Shown: positions 12,032-30,271, counted from the stretch's first letter. The stretch is DNA of 64,000 nucleotides from the human T2T-CHM13v2.0 reference genome, Homo sapiens (GCF_009914755.1 NC_060936.1); one strand, 5' to 3'. Made by a program: numbers and translations. The notes: generated by a model from the letters alone, not told the origin.

Positions 12032-14246
12032 AATATTAGTCTATTTTCATACTGCTATGAAGAAATACCTGAGACTGGGTAATTTATAAAGAAAAAGAAG
12101 TTTAATGGACTCACAGTTCCACATGGCTGGGGAGGCCTCACAATCATGGTGGAAGGAGAAGGAGGAGCAAAGACACATCTTACATGGTGGCAGGCAAAAG
12201 AGTGTGTGCAGGAGAGCTGTCCTTTATAAAACCATCAGATCTTGTGAGACTTATCCACTATCATGGGAATAGCATGGGAAAAATCTGCCCCCATGATTCA
12301 ATTAACTCCCACAACATGTGGGAATTATGAGAGCTACAACTCAAGGTGAGATTTGGGTGGGGACATAGCCAAACCATATCATTCTGCCCCTGGCCCCTCC
12401 CAAATCTCATGTCCTCACATTTTGAAACCAATCATGCCTTCCCAACAGTCCCCCAAGTCTTAATTCATTCCAGCATTCACCCGCCTATGAGCCTGTAAAA
12501 TCAAAAGCAAGCTAATTACTTCCTAGATACAATGGGGGTACAGGCATTGGGTAAATACACCCATTCCAATAGAAAGAAATTGGATTGGCCAAAATGATGG
12601 GGGAACAGGCCCCATGCAAGTCTGAAATCCAATAGGACAGTCATTAAACCATAAAGATTCAAAATGATCTCCTTTGACTCCATGTCTCACATCCAGGTCA
12701 CAACGATGCAAGAGGTGGGCTTCCACAGCCATGGGCAGCTCCATCTCTGTGGCTTTACTGGGTACAGCCCCCCTCCTGGCTGTTTTCATGAGCTGGCATT
12801 GAGTGTCTGTGGCTTTTCCAGCTGCATGTTGTAACCTGTCAATGGATCTACAATTTTGGGGTCTGGAGGACAGTGGCCTTCTTCTCACAGCTCTACTAGG
12901 CAGTGCCCCAGTGGGGACTCTATGTGAGGTCTCTGACCCCACATTTCCCTTCTGCACTGCCCTAGCAGAAATTCTCCATGAGGGCTTCACCTCTGCAGCA
13001 AACTTCTGGCTGGACATTGAGGCATTTCCATACATCCTCTGAAATCTATGTGAATGTTCCCAAACCTGAATTCTTGCCTTCTGTGAACCAGCAGGCCCAA
13101 CACCATGTGTAAGCCACCAAGGCTTGGGCCTTGCACCCTCTGAAATAATGGCCCAAGCTGTACCTTGGCCCCTTTTAGCCACTGCTGGAGATGAAGCAGC
13201 TGGGATGCAGAACACCACATCACAAGGCTGCAAAGAGCAGGGGGGCACAGGGTCCAGCCCAGGAAACCATTCTTTTTCTCCTAGGCTTCCAGGCCTATGA
13301 TGGGAGGGTCTACCATAAAGGTCTCTGAGAGGCCCTGGGAACATTTTCCGCGTTGTCTTGGCAATTAACATTTGGCTCCTCTTTACTTATGCAAATTTCT
13401 GCAGCAAGCTTGAATTTCTCCCCAGGAAATGGGGTTTTCTTTTCTGTTGCATCAGCAGCCTGCAAATTTTCCAAACTTTTATGCACTGCTTCCTCTTGAA
13501 TGCTTTGCTGCTTAGAAAACTTTCCCCCCAGATACCTTAAATCATCTCTCTCAAGTGTAAAGTTCCACAGATTTCCAGGGTGGGGGCAAAGTGCCACCAG
13601 TCTCTTTGTGGAGCAAGAGTGACCTTTGTTCCAGTTCCCAACAAGTTCCACATCTCCATCTGAAATCACCTCAGCCTGGACCTTACTGTTCATATCACTA
13701 TCAGCATTTTGGTCAAAGTCATTCAATAAGCCTCTAGGAAATTCCAAACTTTCCCACATCTTCCTGTCTTCTTCTGAGCCCTCCAAACTTCTCCAACCTC
13801 TGCCTGTTACTTAGTTCCAAAGTTGCTTCCACATTTTTGGGTATCTTAATAGCAGTACCCCATTCTACTGGTACCAGTTTACTGTATTAGTCCATTTTCA
13901 TACTGTTATGTAGAAATAGCTGAGACTAGGTAATTTATAAAGAAAAAGAGGTTTAATTGATTCACACTTCCACATGGCTGGGGAGGCCTCACAATCATGG
14001 TAGAAGTCAAAGGGGGAGCAAAGGCATGTCTTACATGGTGACAGGCAAGAGAGCCTGTGCAGGGGAACTGCCCTTTATAAAACTATCAGATCTTGTGAGA
14101 TTTATTCACTATCACAAGAACAACACTGGAAAAACCTGCCCCCATGATTCAGTTACCTCCCACTGGGTCCGTCCCATGACACTTGGGGATTATGGGAGCT
14201 ACAGTTCAAGATGAAACTTAGTGGGGGACACAGCCAAACCATATTA
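12032..14246 (-). mobile_element. Complete THE1 (THE1C/D-like) MaLR element: LTR 12032-12381, internal 12382-13882, LTR 13883-14246
   Basis: Two homologous LTRs (tattagtc..ttttcatactg ... ccaaaccatat), typical THE1-int sequence between them, and 5-bp TSD actat (12027-12031, 14247-14251). Confidence 0.95.
12523..13786 (-). pseudogene. Disrupted THE1-int ORF (MaLR gag-derived)
   Basis: ORFs 13310-13786 (EGSEEDRKMWESLE..ERDDL..KQQSIQE) and 12523-13371 (..RFQRMYGNA..AVQKGNVGSE..LDVRHGVKGDHF) are consecutive pieces of the recalled THE1 ORF. Confidence 0.8.
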
Positions 14247-15376
14247 ACTATATAGCCTGGGTGTGTAGTAAGCTCTCTACTACCTAGGTTTGTGTAAGTC
14301 CGCTCTATGATGATAGCACAAGGACAAAATCACCTAACAACATATTCCTTAGAACATATTCTTGTCATTAAGCCACACATGACTGTATCTTTATTTTTCT
14401 GAATTCAGACATCCATACACCTATTTTCACTGTTTCATGACATTAAAAATGCATCTTTAAAAGGACTGCCTTTTATCAACTTACATCTCTTAAACATATA
14501 TAAAAAAGAAGTTTTTCACAATTCATATGAGTCTTAAAATTGTATTAAAGAGTGAACACCTAACACATTAATTACTAGTTGACAGTTATTTCTTTCCTAG
14601 AAAATCCCTCTAAGAACTTTAAGAGTTTCAGACGCAGGAAAAAATAGGGTAAGACTGTTTCTCCCACAACTCTCGGCATTCAATTATTTCTACATAAAGA
14701 TATTTAGTACATAGTGAAGACCTAAATCTATAGGAGTGAGAAGAATGACCCAAATCATCCAAAAAAAAAAAAAAAAAAAAAGACTGTAGTGAACTGGAAT
14801 AGACAGGAAATCCCCAGCATTCCTTCCAATGAGTCACTTTTTAATATAGAATACCAAAGTTCTCCTGTTGTGAACCAAGATAAGCCAATTTGACCATCTG
14901 CAAAAGGCCAATGCCTTTGTGAAACCTGTAGCCTCTGGCCATGAGTCAGTTGAGATATAAGAATGAAAGAAAGTCTTAGACAAAATTCTGCTGGAATGGA
15001 AACATTTATTAGCAAGTAGATACAAAAAGTCCTATACCACCTGCTTTTGTAAGCTCAAGAGCAAGCTCTTGTAAGCTCTTGTCAGCCTGCTCTGCCTTCA
15101 GGCTCTCTTACAAGAATCTTGAATGACAGATTCACTCTGAGATTGTCCAGTACTCTGAGGCAGTACCAGCTCGCCTTCTAGTCAAATCTGAGCTCCAGCT
15201 CTATATCTATAAGGCTGCTGGGCCTTTCTCTTTTAAGGGCTATGGTGCCGGTACACTCTTGCCAGTCAATTGCTTGGTTTGCCCAGTACTTATTTCAATA
15301 ATATAAGATTATTTTCTAACAACCTTCCTACTGAGGAACATACTCTGGGATGGATTGGAAGTGCTCGTGTAGACTC

Positions 15377-15701
15377 TGTGATGATTAATTTCATGTGTCA
15401 TTTCGGCTAGCCTATGCTGTCCAGTGGTTTGGTCAAATGCCTGTCTAGATGTTACTGTGAAGTTATTTTTTAGATGTGATTAACATTTATAATTAGTAGA
15501 CTTTAAAGAAGATTACCCTCCATAAAGTAGGTTTGCCTCATCCAATCAATTGAAGACCTTAATAGCGAAGACTAAAGTTTCCTGAGGAAGAAGTAATTCT
15601 GCCTCAACCCTGCAACATAGAGTCCCTCCTTGTCTGAATTTCCAGTCTGTCCTAAAAATTTCAAACTTGCCAGCTCCTAAAATCATGTGAGCCAGTTCCT
15701 T

Positions 15702-15770
<69 letters not shown>

Positions 15771-15794
15771 CTCTAAATAATCTAGGTTAATTTA
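15377..15794 (+). mobile_element. MLT2 (ERVL) solo LTR, MLT2D-like
   Basis: tgtgatgattaatttcatgtgtca ... gattaccctccataaagtaggtttgcctcatccaatcaattgaagacc ... aatcatgtgagccagttccttaaaat. Confidence 0.8.
15706..15766. repeat. Compound (TC)n(AC)n microsatellite
   Basis: Directly visible, inside the MLT2 LTR. Confidence 0.95.
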
Positions 15795-17199
15795 GATCCC
15801 AAAGGAGCACAGACTTGATTTGGGTACTTCACATGCTAGCTAAATGCCTCTAAAGTGCACTTTATTAAAGATAACTTATTTCACACACTTTCAACATAGT
15901 GTTAAAGTAAATGACCACACAGACAATATACCATCTCATTTGTGTGTGTTTCTTCCCTCACTGTACCTTCTATTTACTCTTTTGGCCTCATTTCAAATTG
16001 AGAGTTAAACAGATACTGAGAGAACTTCTATTCAATGTATCTTTCCAGGTACGTTTGTGTAGTTCTTAAAAGATTTACTCAAGAACTTGAAAGCTTACTA
16101 CAGTAATAATAAGTATGTGAAGAGTATATAAGGTGAACCTTTGGCTTTTCGTGGAGAAGCTACCATGTAATATAATAGAGAGTAAAACTCTCCTCTGCCT
16201 ATTATAGCATCTCATGAATGGCCTTGGAGTTGCCTCTCACTTTATTGTGAGTCTGCAGAGCCACAATCATTACTGTAGAAAAAAAAAAGCTGTGCTTGTT
16301 TATAATTATAACTTCTGCCTCTACTCCTGGTATCAAAAGTAACGTACTCAGAAACCAAAATGAGAATTATCTTTCCATTCATTTCTGGTCCTGAACACTA
16401 ACTGTTGTCACTCCACTGCAGCTCACTGGAAACGTCTAAAACTAGAAGATATATGGTTCCAAAGAAATTTTTATTTAGGTGACTCTTTAAAAAGTGATAT
16501 CTGCATGGAGTTTTGTGTTGTTGTTTTTGAAAGCAGGAATATGCAAGTGAGAAAATTTTCAAACATTGCACTAAAGTCCACTAATTTATCTACTACCTTC
16601 AAATATCAACATAGCTCAAAAATGTCACACAGAACACCAATCCCAAAAGATGCCTCTAGAAAAATGGGTTATAGAATCAAGTTGATTTTAGAAATGCTTT
16701 CACTGTACATGCCCCTACCTCCATCAGAAATTCACAAAGCAGAGACCATAGTGAAGGCCCTGTGAAACACTTCAGTTAAAAAAAATCTGCTTACCTTTTT
16801 TAACTATATTTTAAATATATATTTTATAACAGAATACTTTGGAAAACTTTTCTTAACAGTCCAGAAAGTGCTGAAACATACTTTGAAAAATGTTGACATA
16901 AACTATCCCAGACACAATGAGGTTAAAAAGAAAAGTTTCCACATTAGGAGATTCTATAACTTCTCTGAAGAAGTTATCTCAGTGTCTGGCAGACAGAAAA
17001 TCTTTTCTGTGTCTGAGATAAATCTTCCATGCATCCTTTTAAACATTTCCTTCTGTTTAGAACTCAGGGAGAAGAACAGCTGGTCACCATTTTCTATGCA
17101 AGAAATCATTATTCACTTAGAGACCTTTATTAGGATATCCATCTACATTCTTTGCCACAATGGGAATAAGTACAATGATTGAATCTTTACTTTTCAACA

Positions 17200-17322
17200 T
17201 TATTATTTTACAGATGGGGTCTCCCTATATTGTCCAGGTGGTCTCAAACTTTGGCTTCAAGCAATCCTCTCACTTGGGCCTCCCAAGTCACTGGGATTAC
17301 AGGTGTTAGCCACCATGTGTAG
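17200..17322 (-). mobile_element. Alu monomer (FLAM-like)
   Basis: Single left-arm homology gatggggtctccctatattgtccagg ... ctgggattacaggtgttagccacc preceded by a T-rich tail. Confidence 0.8.
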
Positions 17323-18177
17323 CTGAGTCTTTCTTGGGTATTCCTCTCTCATAAGTGTTAACTATCTGTTACCCTACTCAGAGCCATCTACTTTTTCCAT
17401 TACCTTTTAAGTCAAACAGACCATAAATTTACATATTCTACCAGAAATGTGGCCTGCACTTGGTACTATGATGCTTACAGGTTACTGTGGAGTGATACCT
17501 TGTATGGGAGTTAAGTTCAAAAGTCAGCAAATAAAGCAAAATCATGTAGAGTCAAAAGTACTCTTGAAACCCTATTAGAAAGCTTGATGGTGGAGGGGGA
17601 CAGGCCATATGTAAAGATGCCCCAAAGAGATACCTCGCCCTCTAGATCTGGAACACATGGCTATATCAAATAAAATACAGGAATTGGCTTTCTTCTCAGA
17701 GGTCATGTTTTATGAAAAATGCATATCTTTAAACACTAGAATCCTGCTTATACTTTGAGGGCTCACAGGAACTAAAATTGACTAAGAGAAGGACAATTCC
17801 ATATCTCTCACCTCCTGCCCTCTCCCAGGGTTGCCTTCACTAAGGGCAATAGCAACAAAGTTACCCACACTATTTAAGTTGTTATTTTGTTCCCTCTCTT
17901 TCTCTTTTATTTCTGCATTTGGTTAAAAAATGGATCTGGTATGTTGAATTTGTATAAACTTGCATAGGATGCAGTCACTCTATGTCAAAATGTATTTTAT
18001 TGTTATTGTAGTTTAATTTTAAAAATCTATTCAGCATCTTCTAAGTACAAGGCAAGATGAGTCATTATTTTCTATTTAGTTTTATTTCAATACAATAACA
18101 TTTAACAAGCACTCACTATATGTAAGGAGTAGACAAAAACATGGCTATGACTCTACCGCTTAGGCTCGGAATTCATA

Positions 18178-18475
18178 TCTTTAAACTATACTTTAATTTC
18201 TAGGACACGTGTGCAGAACGTGCAGGTTTATTACATAGGTATACACGTGCCATGGTGGTTTGCTGCACCCATCAACCCTTCATATACATTAGGTATTTCT
18301 CCTAATGCTATCCCTCCCCTAGTCCCCCAACCCCCAACAGGCCCTGGTATGTGATGTTACCCTCCCTGTGTCCATGTGTTCTCACTGTTCAACTCCCATT
18401 TATGACTGAGAATATGCGGTGTTTGGTTTTCTGTTCTTGTGTTGGTTTGCTGAGAATTATGGTTTCCAGCTTCAT
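18178..18475 (-). mobile_element. L1PA (about L1PA7/8) 3' end fragment
   Basis: gtgcagaacgtgcaggtttattacataggtatacacgtgccatggtggtttgctgcaccc ... ggtttccagcttcat. Confidence 0.9.
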
Positions 18476-18675
18476 TTGATGGTGATATGCATAAACAAAA
18501 CTAAAATCCAAATAGGACTGTATTAAGTCCTATTAATAAGTATTAATATCATATTAGGTATCATAACAGGACAGGAAGGGAAGAAATTCATTTTGCTTAA
18601 ATCAAGGAAGTGTTGCAACAAGAAAGGACACTGGAATCAGGTCTCATAAAACAAGCTGGATTTTACTAAATACAG

Positions 18676-18677
<2 letters not shown>

Positions 18678-18713
<36 letters not shown>
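18678..18713. repeat. (GT)n microsatellite
   Basis: About 18 GT units, directly visible. Confidence 0.95.
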
Positions 18714-18721
<8 letters not shown>

Positions 18722-19539
18722 CTGTAGATGTAAGGGAGGAGGGTAGAAAAATTTTATGCCAATGGAGCAAAGAGAAGACAAGTAGACTTGAAATGAAAAG
18801 TCCAGGTAAGAAAGAGCTCAAAACCTGGAACTTCTGTGTTGCTGCAAGGTTGGGTAAATGAAAGGAAATAACCAGAACTGAAACTGGAAAGATGGTTGGG
18901 ACCAACCAGTGAAGGCCCTGAATGCTCTGCTAAGGAATATGGAATCGAAAACAAAGGAATCATGACTATCTCTTGGCAGGGGAGTGGCATGTTTAGATCC
19001 TACTCATAGTGGAGTGGATGAAAGGCAAGTAGGGAAAACCAAACTCCTCAAGGCAGCTAGTAGGGCTTATTCTAGCTTTATTTACTACACTTAACATAAA
19101 ATCGAGTACTTTGTCTTATAATTTTCCACTGGTTTTCTTTTTTCTTTTTTTTTTCTTTTTTGCTTCCTGCAGAGGCACTGCCCTGCATATGTATATTCCT
19201 CCCACTCCCATAAAAGCTGCCTGCTTTCCTTGAATTCTTTGCCAGTTTTATGGTAATTTTTCATTTCCATCAAGTTCTCAGAACTACCATATGGTTCAGC
19301 ACATACAGCTACATATGTAGCTGCTAACTGCAACTAGTCATGCTACTGAGACGCTGGTCTCTGTCCATGGGAGACACAGAAAACATAAGGGGGAATGAAT
19401 GATTAATGGAAATAGTGGACAAAACCCTTCCACCTCACTTCTGTGTGAATCTTCTTGAAAACTTTCCTATTTCCAGCAATAGTGCTCCTAGTAATATAGA
19501 ACCACTAATGATTTATCCTCTATCCTCCCAAGAAATACA

Positions 19540-21190
19540 CATCCAATAGCAAATAAATGCCAGGTTCTATTCTAGGTTCTCTAGGATACATTAACAAGGA
19601 ATAGAGAGAAAAATTCCCTGACAACAATCTAGCTGGGAAGGGAGATTGTCAGGGAGTCAAAAATTAGCAATAAATATAGTAAGTCAATTTTTCATCATGT
19701 GACAAGGTGAGAAGTATAATGAAAAAAACAGAGAGAGAGAGCAGATAAGGAGTATCAGGAGGGTGGCATGGGAAACCTGATCAACATCATTAATGATAAT
19801 GAAAATGAAAATTACAATGACATGCCACTTCAAACCCACTAGATTAGCTAAAATGAAAATGATTGATAATAGCAAATATTGATTAGGATTAGGATTTGGA
19901 GAAACTGCAACTCTCCTACATTGCTGTGGAGATGTAATGTAGATCAACCACTTTAGAAAACTGTCTCAGGCAAGAAATGATGGTGACTTGAAATAGGGTG
20001 ACAGTGATGGAGGTTGAAAGACAGAATGTATTTTTAAAAACAGTCAAGAGGATTAATGATGGATTAAATGTATTAAGTTAGATAAATGGAAGTCTATGAC
20101 AATCTACAATTTTTGATCTGAAAAACTAGAACAATTGGCCTGGTAATTACAGGTTTGGGTAGTGGGAATCAGAAGTTCAGTTCTGAATATAGCAAATTTG
20201 AGATACATATTTTATATGTAATAGGAGATGGAATGTAAGCAGTTAGATATGAATCGGGAGTTAAGGGGAGAAGTCTGAACTAAAGACATCAATGTTGAGA
20301 CTGACACTGCGTAGATGATATTTAAAGCCCTGAGACTACATGAGATCCTCAGAGAGAGAGAGAGAGAGAAGATCATTGAGAGGTTAGAAGCCCATGGACC
20401 CTGGGGTGCTATTGTTCTGTGTTACTGTTGAATTTAGAATTCAGGAAAATGAGGATGCTACTGAAAAAAGGTGTCCAGTGAGGCCCAAACGAAACCTAAG
20501 TGGACAGTGAAGACAAGGGAAGGAAGTGTCTCAAAGAAAAAGGAAAAGTGAGCTGAGGCTAATAATCCTGAAGGGTCAAAAGGAGGCTGAGAATTGGCCA
20601 CTGGATTTGAAAATGAGATGGCTGGTCACTTCAGTAAAGTTACTTTCATGGAGTGGTGAAAAGAGAGCCTGCCTGGACAATAAAAGAAGGGAATGAGAGG
20701 TATGAAGGCAATATATATATATACAATAATTGTGAAGTTTTTCTGTAAAAGTGGAAATTAGATATGAGGTGGTAGTTGAAGGATGATGTGAGACCAAAGG
20801 GTGGTTTTTACAAGTGTAAGATATTGCAGCATGCTTGTATGCTAATAGTCACGACTCAATAAGTGCAAGAAAAGCAATGATGCATGACGTTTGAGTAAGT
20901 GAGAGGGAATGGGCTGTAGCACACAAGAGGAAGGAGAATGCATGGTCCAGATGCAGGTGAGCTGGGACATTTGGTGGTGAGAGTTTGTGAATGTCCCATT
21001 TTGATTATTTATATTTTTGTGAAAAAGAAAGGAAAATCATCACCTAAGAGTGATATATGTTGGAGATTAAGAAGGGATGAAATTATTGTCTAAGAACGAA
21101 GGAGAGTGAGTGGGCCAAGGCAATGGGCAGGGTATCAAGGGAGTACCAAGGGCCCACATGAAGTCTGTGGTCATGGATTTAAAGTGAGAG
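19540..21190 (-). mobile_element. Degraded L2 containing an old sense L1M fragment at about 19790-19965
   Basis: L2-like gaagttcagttctgaatatagcaaatttgagat, gtagatgatatttaaagcc and gagaattggccactggatttg; L1-like aaaattacaatgacatgccacttcaaacccactagattagctaaaatg. Confidence 0.65.
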
Positions 21191-22554
21191 TATCATAGAA
21201 AAGGCAAGTGACGATTTGTATCACATAGCAAAACATGACATAAACACTATTTTGGATGGGCAATGATGTAAAATCTTCAGATATGATCTCTTTTAAGATA
21301 AGATGCAAATCTATGTTCTATATTTTCCAACAGAGTCAAGTCTACCCCACCAAAAATGATTTAAAATAACTTCAGCTTTGGAATATGCAGTAACTACTAA
21401 TAGGAGAATGTATCAATAACAGAGCAGAAAGTTAATCACATAAATGATAGACCGGCAGATGGAGAAGTCAACTGAGTCTGAGCTAGGTAGAGAAAAACAG
21501 CAGTGAGCTGGCTAAGCATGAAACCAAGAGGCCTCATTGAAGCCTAGTCCAGAGACACAGTAACAATTACAATGCCCAAGGCAATGGTGGTTGTAGATGA
21601 CCTGACAATGACAAGTCCTGGTCACAGCTTTCTATACGATAAGAGTCGTTACATGACACAGCACCTGGGCCGACTGATGTATAAACTATAAAAGCTCTAC
21701 ATGTAATAGCATGGAAATAATTTTTGTTAACTGATGTTACAAAATACAAAGTGTGGTTCTTGGATAGTGAGGGAATTGCAGAGGAACATAGGCTGGAACG
21801 GAAAATATTATCAACTTTGTCATGGAACCATCACTACAAAATGTGGAAAATATATTCATTCTCTTTCCCTAGGTAAGACCTTTTTTTTCTTAAAATATGG
21901 TATTTATTCTATCAGGTTTCCCAATGGCTTATTCTGCAATTTAGAAGTACTACAAAGTATCCTACATGCCATAAAAATATATAAACCTTTAATATATTAG
22001 ATCCAAATACAAGGTGTCTTCCTGGCAACATCAATGTCCAGTTTCATTCTGCATGTCTTTGGTCATACAATAGTCTATTCTATTATTCTATAGGCATTTT
22101 TCTAACCCACTCCAAATCCATTTTGCAGTGAGGTACGGATATAAATACAAAGGTAAACAATGTAATTGTATTACTTGTGTATGCATGTATGTTCTTGCAT
22201 GTGTGTATTGAGAGGAATGTTTGTCTGACTACCTCCATGTGCCAGTCTGATCTTCTGGAGAGAAAATTGCTGGGAGGCTGTGACATGAACCAGTGTGGAG
22301 GCAAATTAATGACAAGACTGAGAACTGGCATGAAGAGAAATCCATGAGATGACAAAGCCACCTCTTTAAGTGAGGAGATGTATTAGCTGCACCCAACCTC
22401 CACCTACCATTTCCACTACATTGTTGCTAGTGGTCCCCTCCATTGGTCAAGCTGCAGATTTGTCCCCACATGGACATAATAATTGGCTTGTTTCCCCAGT
22501 GCCAAAGCTATAGCTAACGATTTGTGCTAGTTATGAAGGGAATGATGTGAAAGA

Positions 22555-22640
22555 AGATGAATAGATGGATGGATAAATGGATGATTGAATGAATGGATGG
22601 ATGGGTGGATTGATGGATGGATGGATGGATGCATGGATTT
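22555..22640. repeat. (GGAT)n/(GAAT)n tetranucleotide repeat
   Basis: Directly visible imperfect array. Confidence 0.9.
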
Positions 22641-23679
22641 GGACAGATGTTCACCTCTACTAGGAAAAAAAGCCTTCAAATCACTTTTCCAAGGGGGACT
22701 TCACTGCCTCATACCATGAGTAAAGGACATTGTTTTGGTCTTTATAAGGCAAGACAGGTCTTCTCTTCTACCCCTAACCCACCCAAGGCTCTCCATTTAC
22801 AAGTACACCCATGATTGTAAAATACATAATAATGAAAAAAACCCAAGACACCATGTGAGACTGTAATGAAAACCAACACCAAATAAATTACTCATAAGTG
22901 AAAGTTAATTCTGTTTCTTCTTGTTGTGCAGGGAAGCCACATTCAATGACGTAGGCAATAGCAAACTATAAAAATAGATCCAACGACATTAATTTTCCCA
23001 ATCAAAATTACAGTGGCTATTTTCATGATTTATGTCACTATTTATTGCAAATCAACATGGCTAGACCAGCTTAAATCTGCAAGAGTCATAAAGAAAATCC
23101 CTAGTGCATGTTCAGACTATGGTCCTCATGGGGTATAAATATTAACTGCTGGTAGAAGAAAATGGAATAATCAACTTTTATATCTTTAATTTCCCTTTAT
23201 CACCATAGTACAGACATTCCAATGGAGTGATTATTCTAATCCTAATAGTCAACAGCAAATTAGTTCATTTTAAAAAGTATTGCTTACAAAGAACACAACC
23301 AAAATCTAAATTCCTAAATTACTGTTTTACACAATGTAATACATGCTTGAATTCAGTCTTAGTGCATGTAGAATGGGTATAGGAGGAGGATCTGACGGAG
23401 AAGTATGGAATAAGCCAAATTCTGTACCCAAATTCTCATTGTTATTCCCGCTAAAGGGCACAGTTTCTAGAGATGCAGCATGGAGCTGTTTTGCGACAAG
23501 TAAGAAGCTGAGCTTGAGGTCTTAAATTTCTAATGCTATGAAGAAATGATACAAATTAGAAACAATCCCTATAATCAATCTGCAACTGTTTCCAGAGAAA
23601 AGCTAACATAGTTAGTTCTTCGACCCAATCATGGACAATATCTTTTTTGTTCTATGAATAGAATGGCAAAGCTTTATTG

Positions 23680-23965
23680 AAATACAACAGAGAAGGCTTA
23701 ATTACAACATATACCATGTTCATGGATTTGAAATTTCAATATTTTTAAGGACAGTGTTCCCCAAATTGATATTCAGATTCAATATGATTTCATTAAAAAT
23801 ACCAAAGGGTTTTTTTTCTGTGAAACTAATATTTATATGAATCAAGGGGAATTCAGTTTAACAGATATCATCATTTATAATAAATAATAATTGATTCAAT
23901 ATCTTATCAGTTTAGGAATAGTCAAATTGATCAGAGAACAGAATATAGAATCCAGGAAAAATATG
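23680..23965 (+). mobile_element. Old L1M ORF2 fragment
   Basis: ataccatgttcatggatt ... ccccaaattgatattcagattcaat ... gaacagaatatagaatccag. Confidence 0.6.
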
Positions 23966-23972
23966 TATATGA

Positions 23973-24113
23973 TATATTAGTCTGCTTGTGGTGTCATAAC
24001 AAAATATCATAGACTATGTGGCTTACAAAACATTTACTTCTCACAGTTCTAGAAACTGGAAATCCAAAATCAAGGTGTGACTAACTTGTTTCTTGTAAGG
24101 GCCTCTTCCTGGC
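23973..24113 (-). mobile_element. Partial MLT1A/B-like LTR
   Basis: tattagtctgcttg..ataacaaaatatcatagact..catttacttctcacagttctagaaactggaaatccaaaatcaaggtg. Confidence 0.75.
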
Positions 24114-24119
24114 TATCTT

Positions 24120-28280
<4,161 letters not shown>

Positions 28281-28429
28281 CCTGGCTATCTTGTAACAAT
28301 CAAAAATCTACCATTTCAATATCCAGCTTATGTTAACAATTCTATTGATTTTGGAGGAGTTAAAAAAATGAGGAGACTGGCTCTTCATTTCTTTTCCCAT
28401 TCCTGTATCCTTCTGCCTTCATTGAGTAC

Positions 28430-28810
28430 CACTCTACCCCTGACACTCTGCTTCAGCCATCATCTCCCTCTTGCTCCTTGACTATGTCAGCCATGCTGCT
28501 TCTTCAGAGCACTGGCACTTTCCCTCTGCCCGGAATACCCTTCCCCACATGTATCCAAATGACTCATTCCCACACTTCCTTCTGGACTTGTGCCAAGTGT
28601 CATCTTGAGAGCCCTGTCTTGACATCTCTAAATCATTTATCAGCACTTAATTCTGAGACACATATATAGAGTTTTCTTTATTGATTATTCCCCTCCACTA
28701 TAATCCAAACTCATGAGGCTAGAATCTTTATTTTACCCAATGCTCTTATCCCAGCAATTAGACAAGTACCTAGCCCACAGTAGGCTCACAACAAATATTA
28801 AGTGAAGGAA
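28430..28810 (+). mobile_element. L2 3' remnant
   Basis: ttccctctgcccggaatacccttcccca ... tacctagcccacagtaggctcacaacaaatatt. Confidence 0.65.
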
Positions 28811-29451
28811 AGAGAGAGAAAGACTTCATTGGTCAAGGCGAATTTGATAGGATTGAGAATGAAAGAAACATTTTGTCTAATCTTCAAGACTCTATGTATG
28901 TGCTTTCTCATCCAATAAAAGAAGGTCTTTCTGGTAATGGATTCCCCACCTTCTCAAAAATTTTAAGGATTATAAAATAAATCTAACCCAATACACTAAA
29001 CACAGTGTACATATTACTGAAAAATTTCTAGATCAAAAGAGTTGTGCTTATTTTGCTGACAATTTTGCACATATTTCACTTTTTTTTAAACAGAAGAATG
29101 TCCATAAAGCAGAACCTTTATTTTCCTAAAAGTTTAGCCCAATGGATGATAAAAAATAGAGCTCTTAAAATCATCACCTTAATAACTAGTCACTGCACAT
29201 GAAAAATAGCATTGTCAGAAATAACAATTGAGGCAAAAAATAACCCACTGCCAGAGGTTAGTAACTAGCAGGAGAATCTGACATTTAAGGGCCGATTCTC
29301 GTCTCTCTTTCAATGTATAAATAAACCATGAAAGACAGAGATCTGGCCACAAAAACATGTGAGAGAAGCCAAACCTCTGTCTCCAACCTTTGAACAAACA
29401 AAATACAGAGAATGTAAGTTGCCTCCAAGGATTGCCTGAAGCATTAGTTAA

Positions 29452-30009
<558 letters not shown>

Positions 30010-30271
30010 TGAGTTTGCTGCCATCATAAAGTTCCACATTTAACACACCTGACCAAGATGACAGCCTGTGGGGACTCACTACTTTACTTAATTAGCTGGA
30101 GGGAGTCAAGGAAACCACTTATGGCATAGCAGTCCAGTGTTCCACTCTATGTGTTCCTCAGGTTCATTATAATATAGCAGATGTACCAAACCAGGAGCTC
30201 AAGTCAGATGTTAACAATTCATATTTATTCCCAACATTTCAAGATGTTGTTGCGTGTTGGTTTCCCTAAAG

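Larger units (their letters stand above)
11820..14385 (+). mobile_element. Tigger3a/MER7A non-autonomous DNA transposon split by THE1 (parts 11820-12031 and 14247-14385)
   Basis: TIR-like ends caatcatgtg / cacatgactg with TA flanks; internal aagattataatactgtatttttactgta and tagcctaggagcaataggct continue across the THE1 insertion. Confidence 0.85.

Noticed and set aside
18511-18534. 9-bp inverted repeat aataggact..agtcctatt
   Set aside because: A single short AT-rich hairpin in degraded repeat context is expected by chance in 64 kb.
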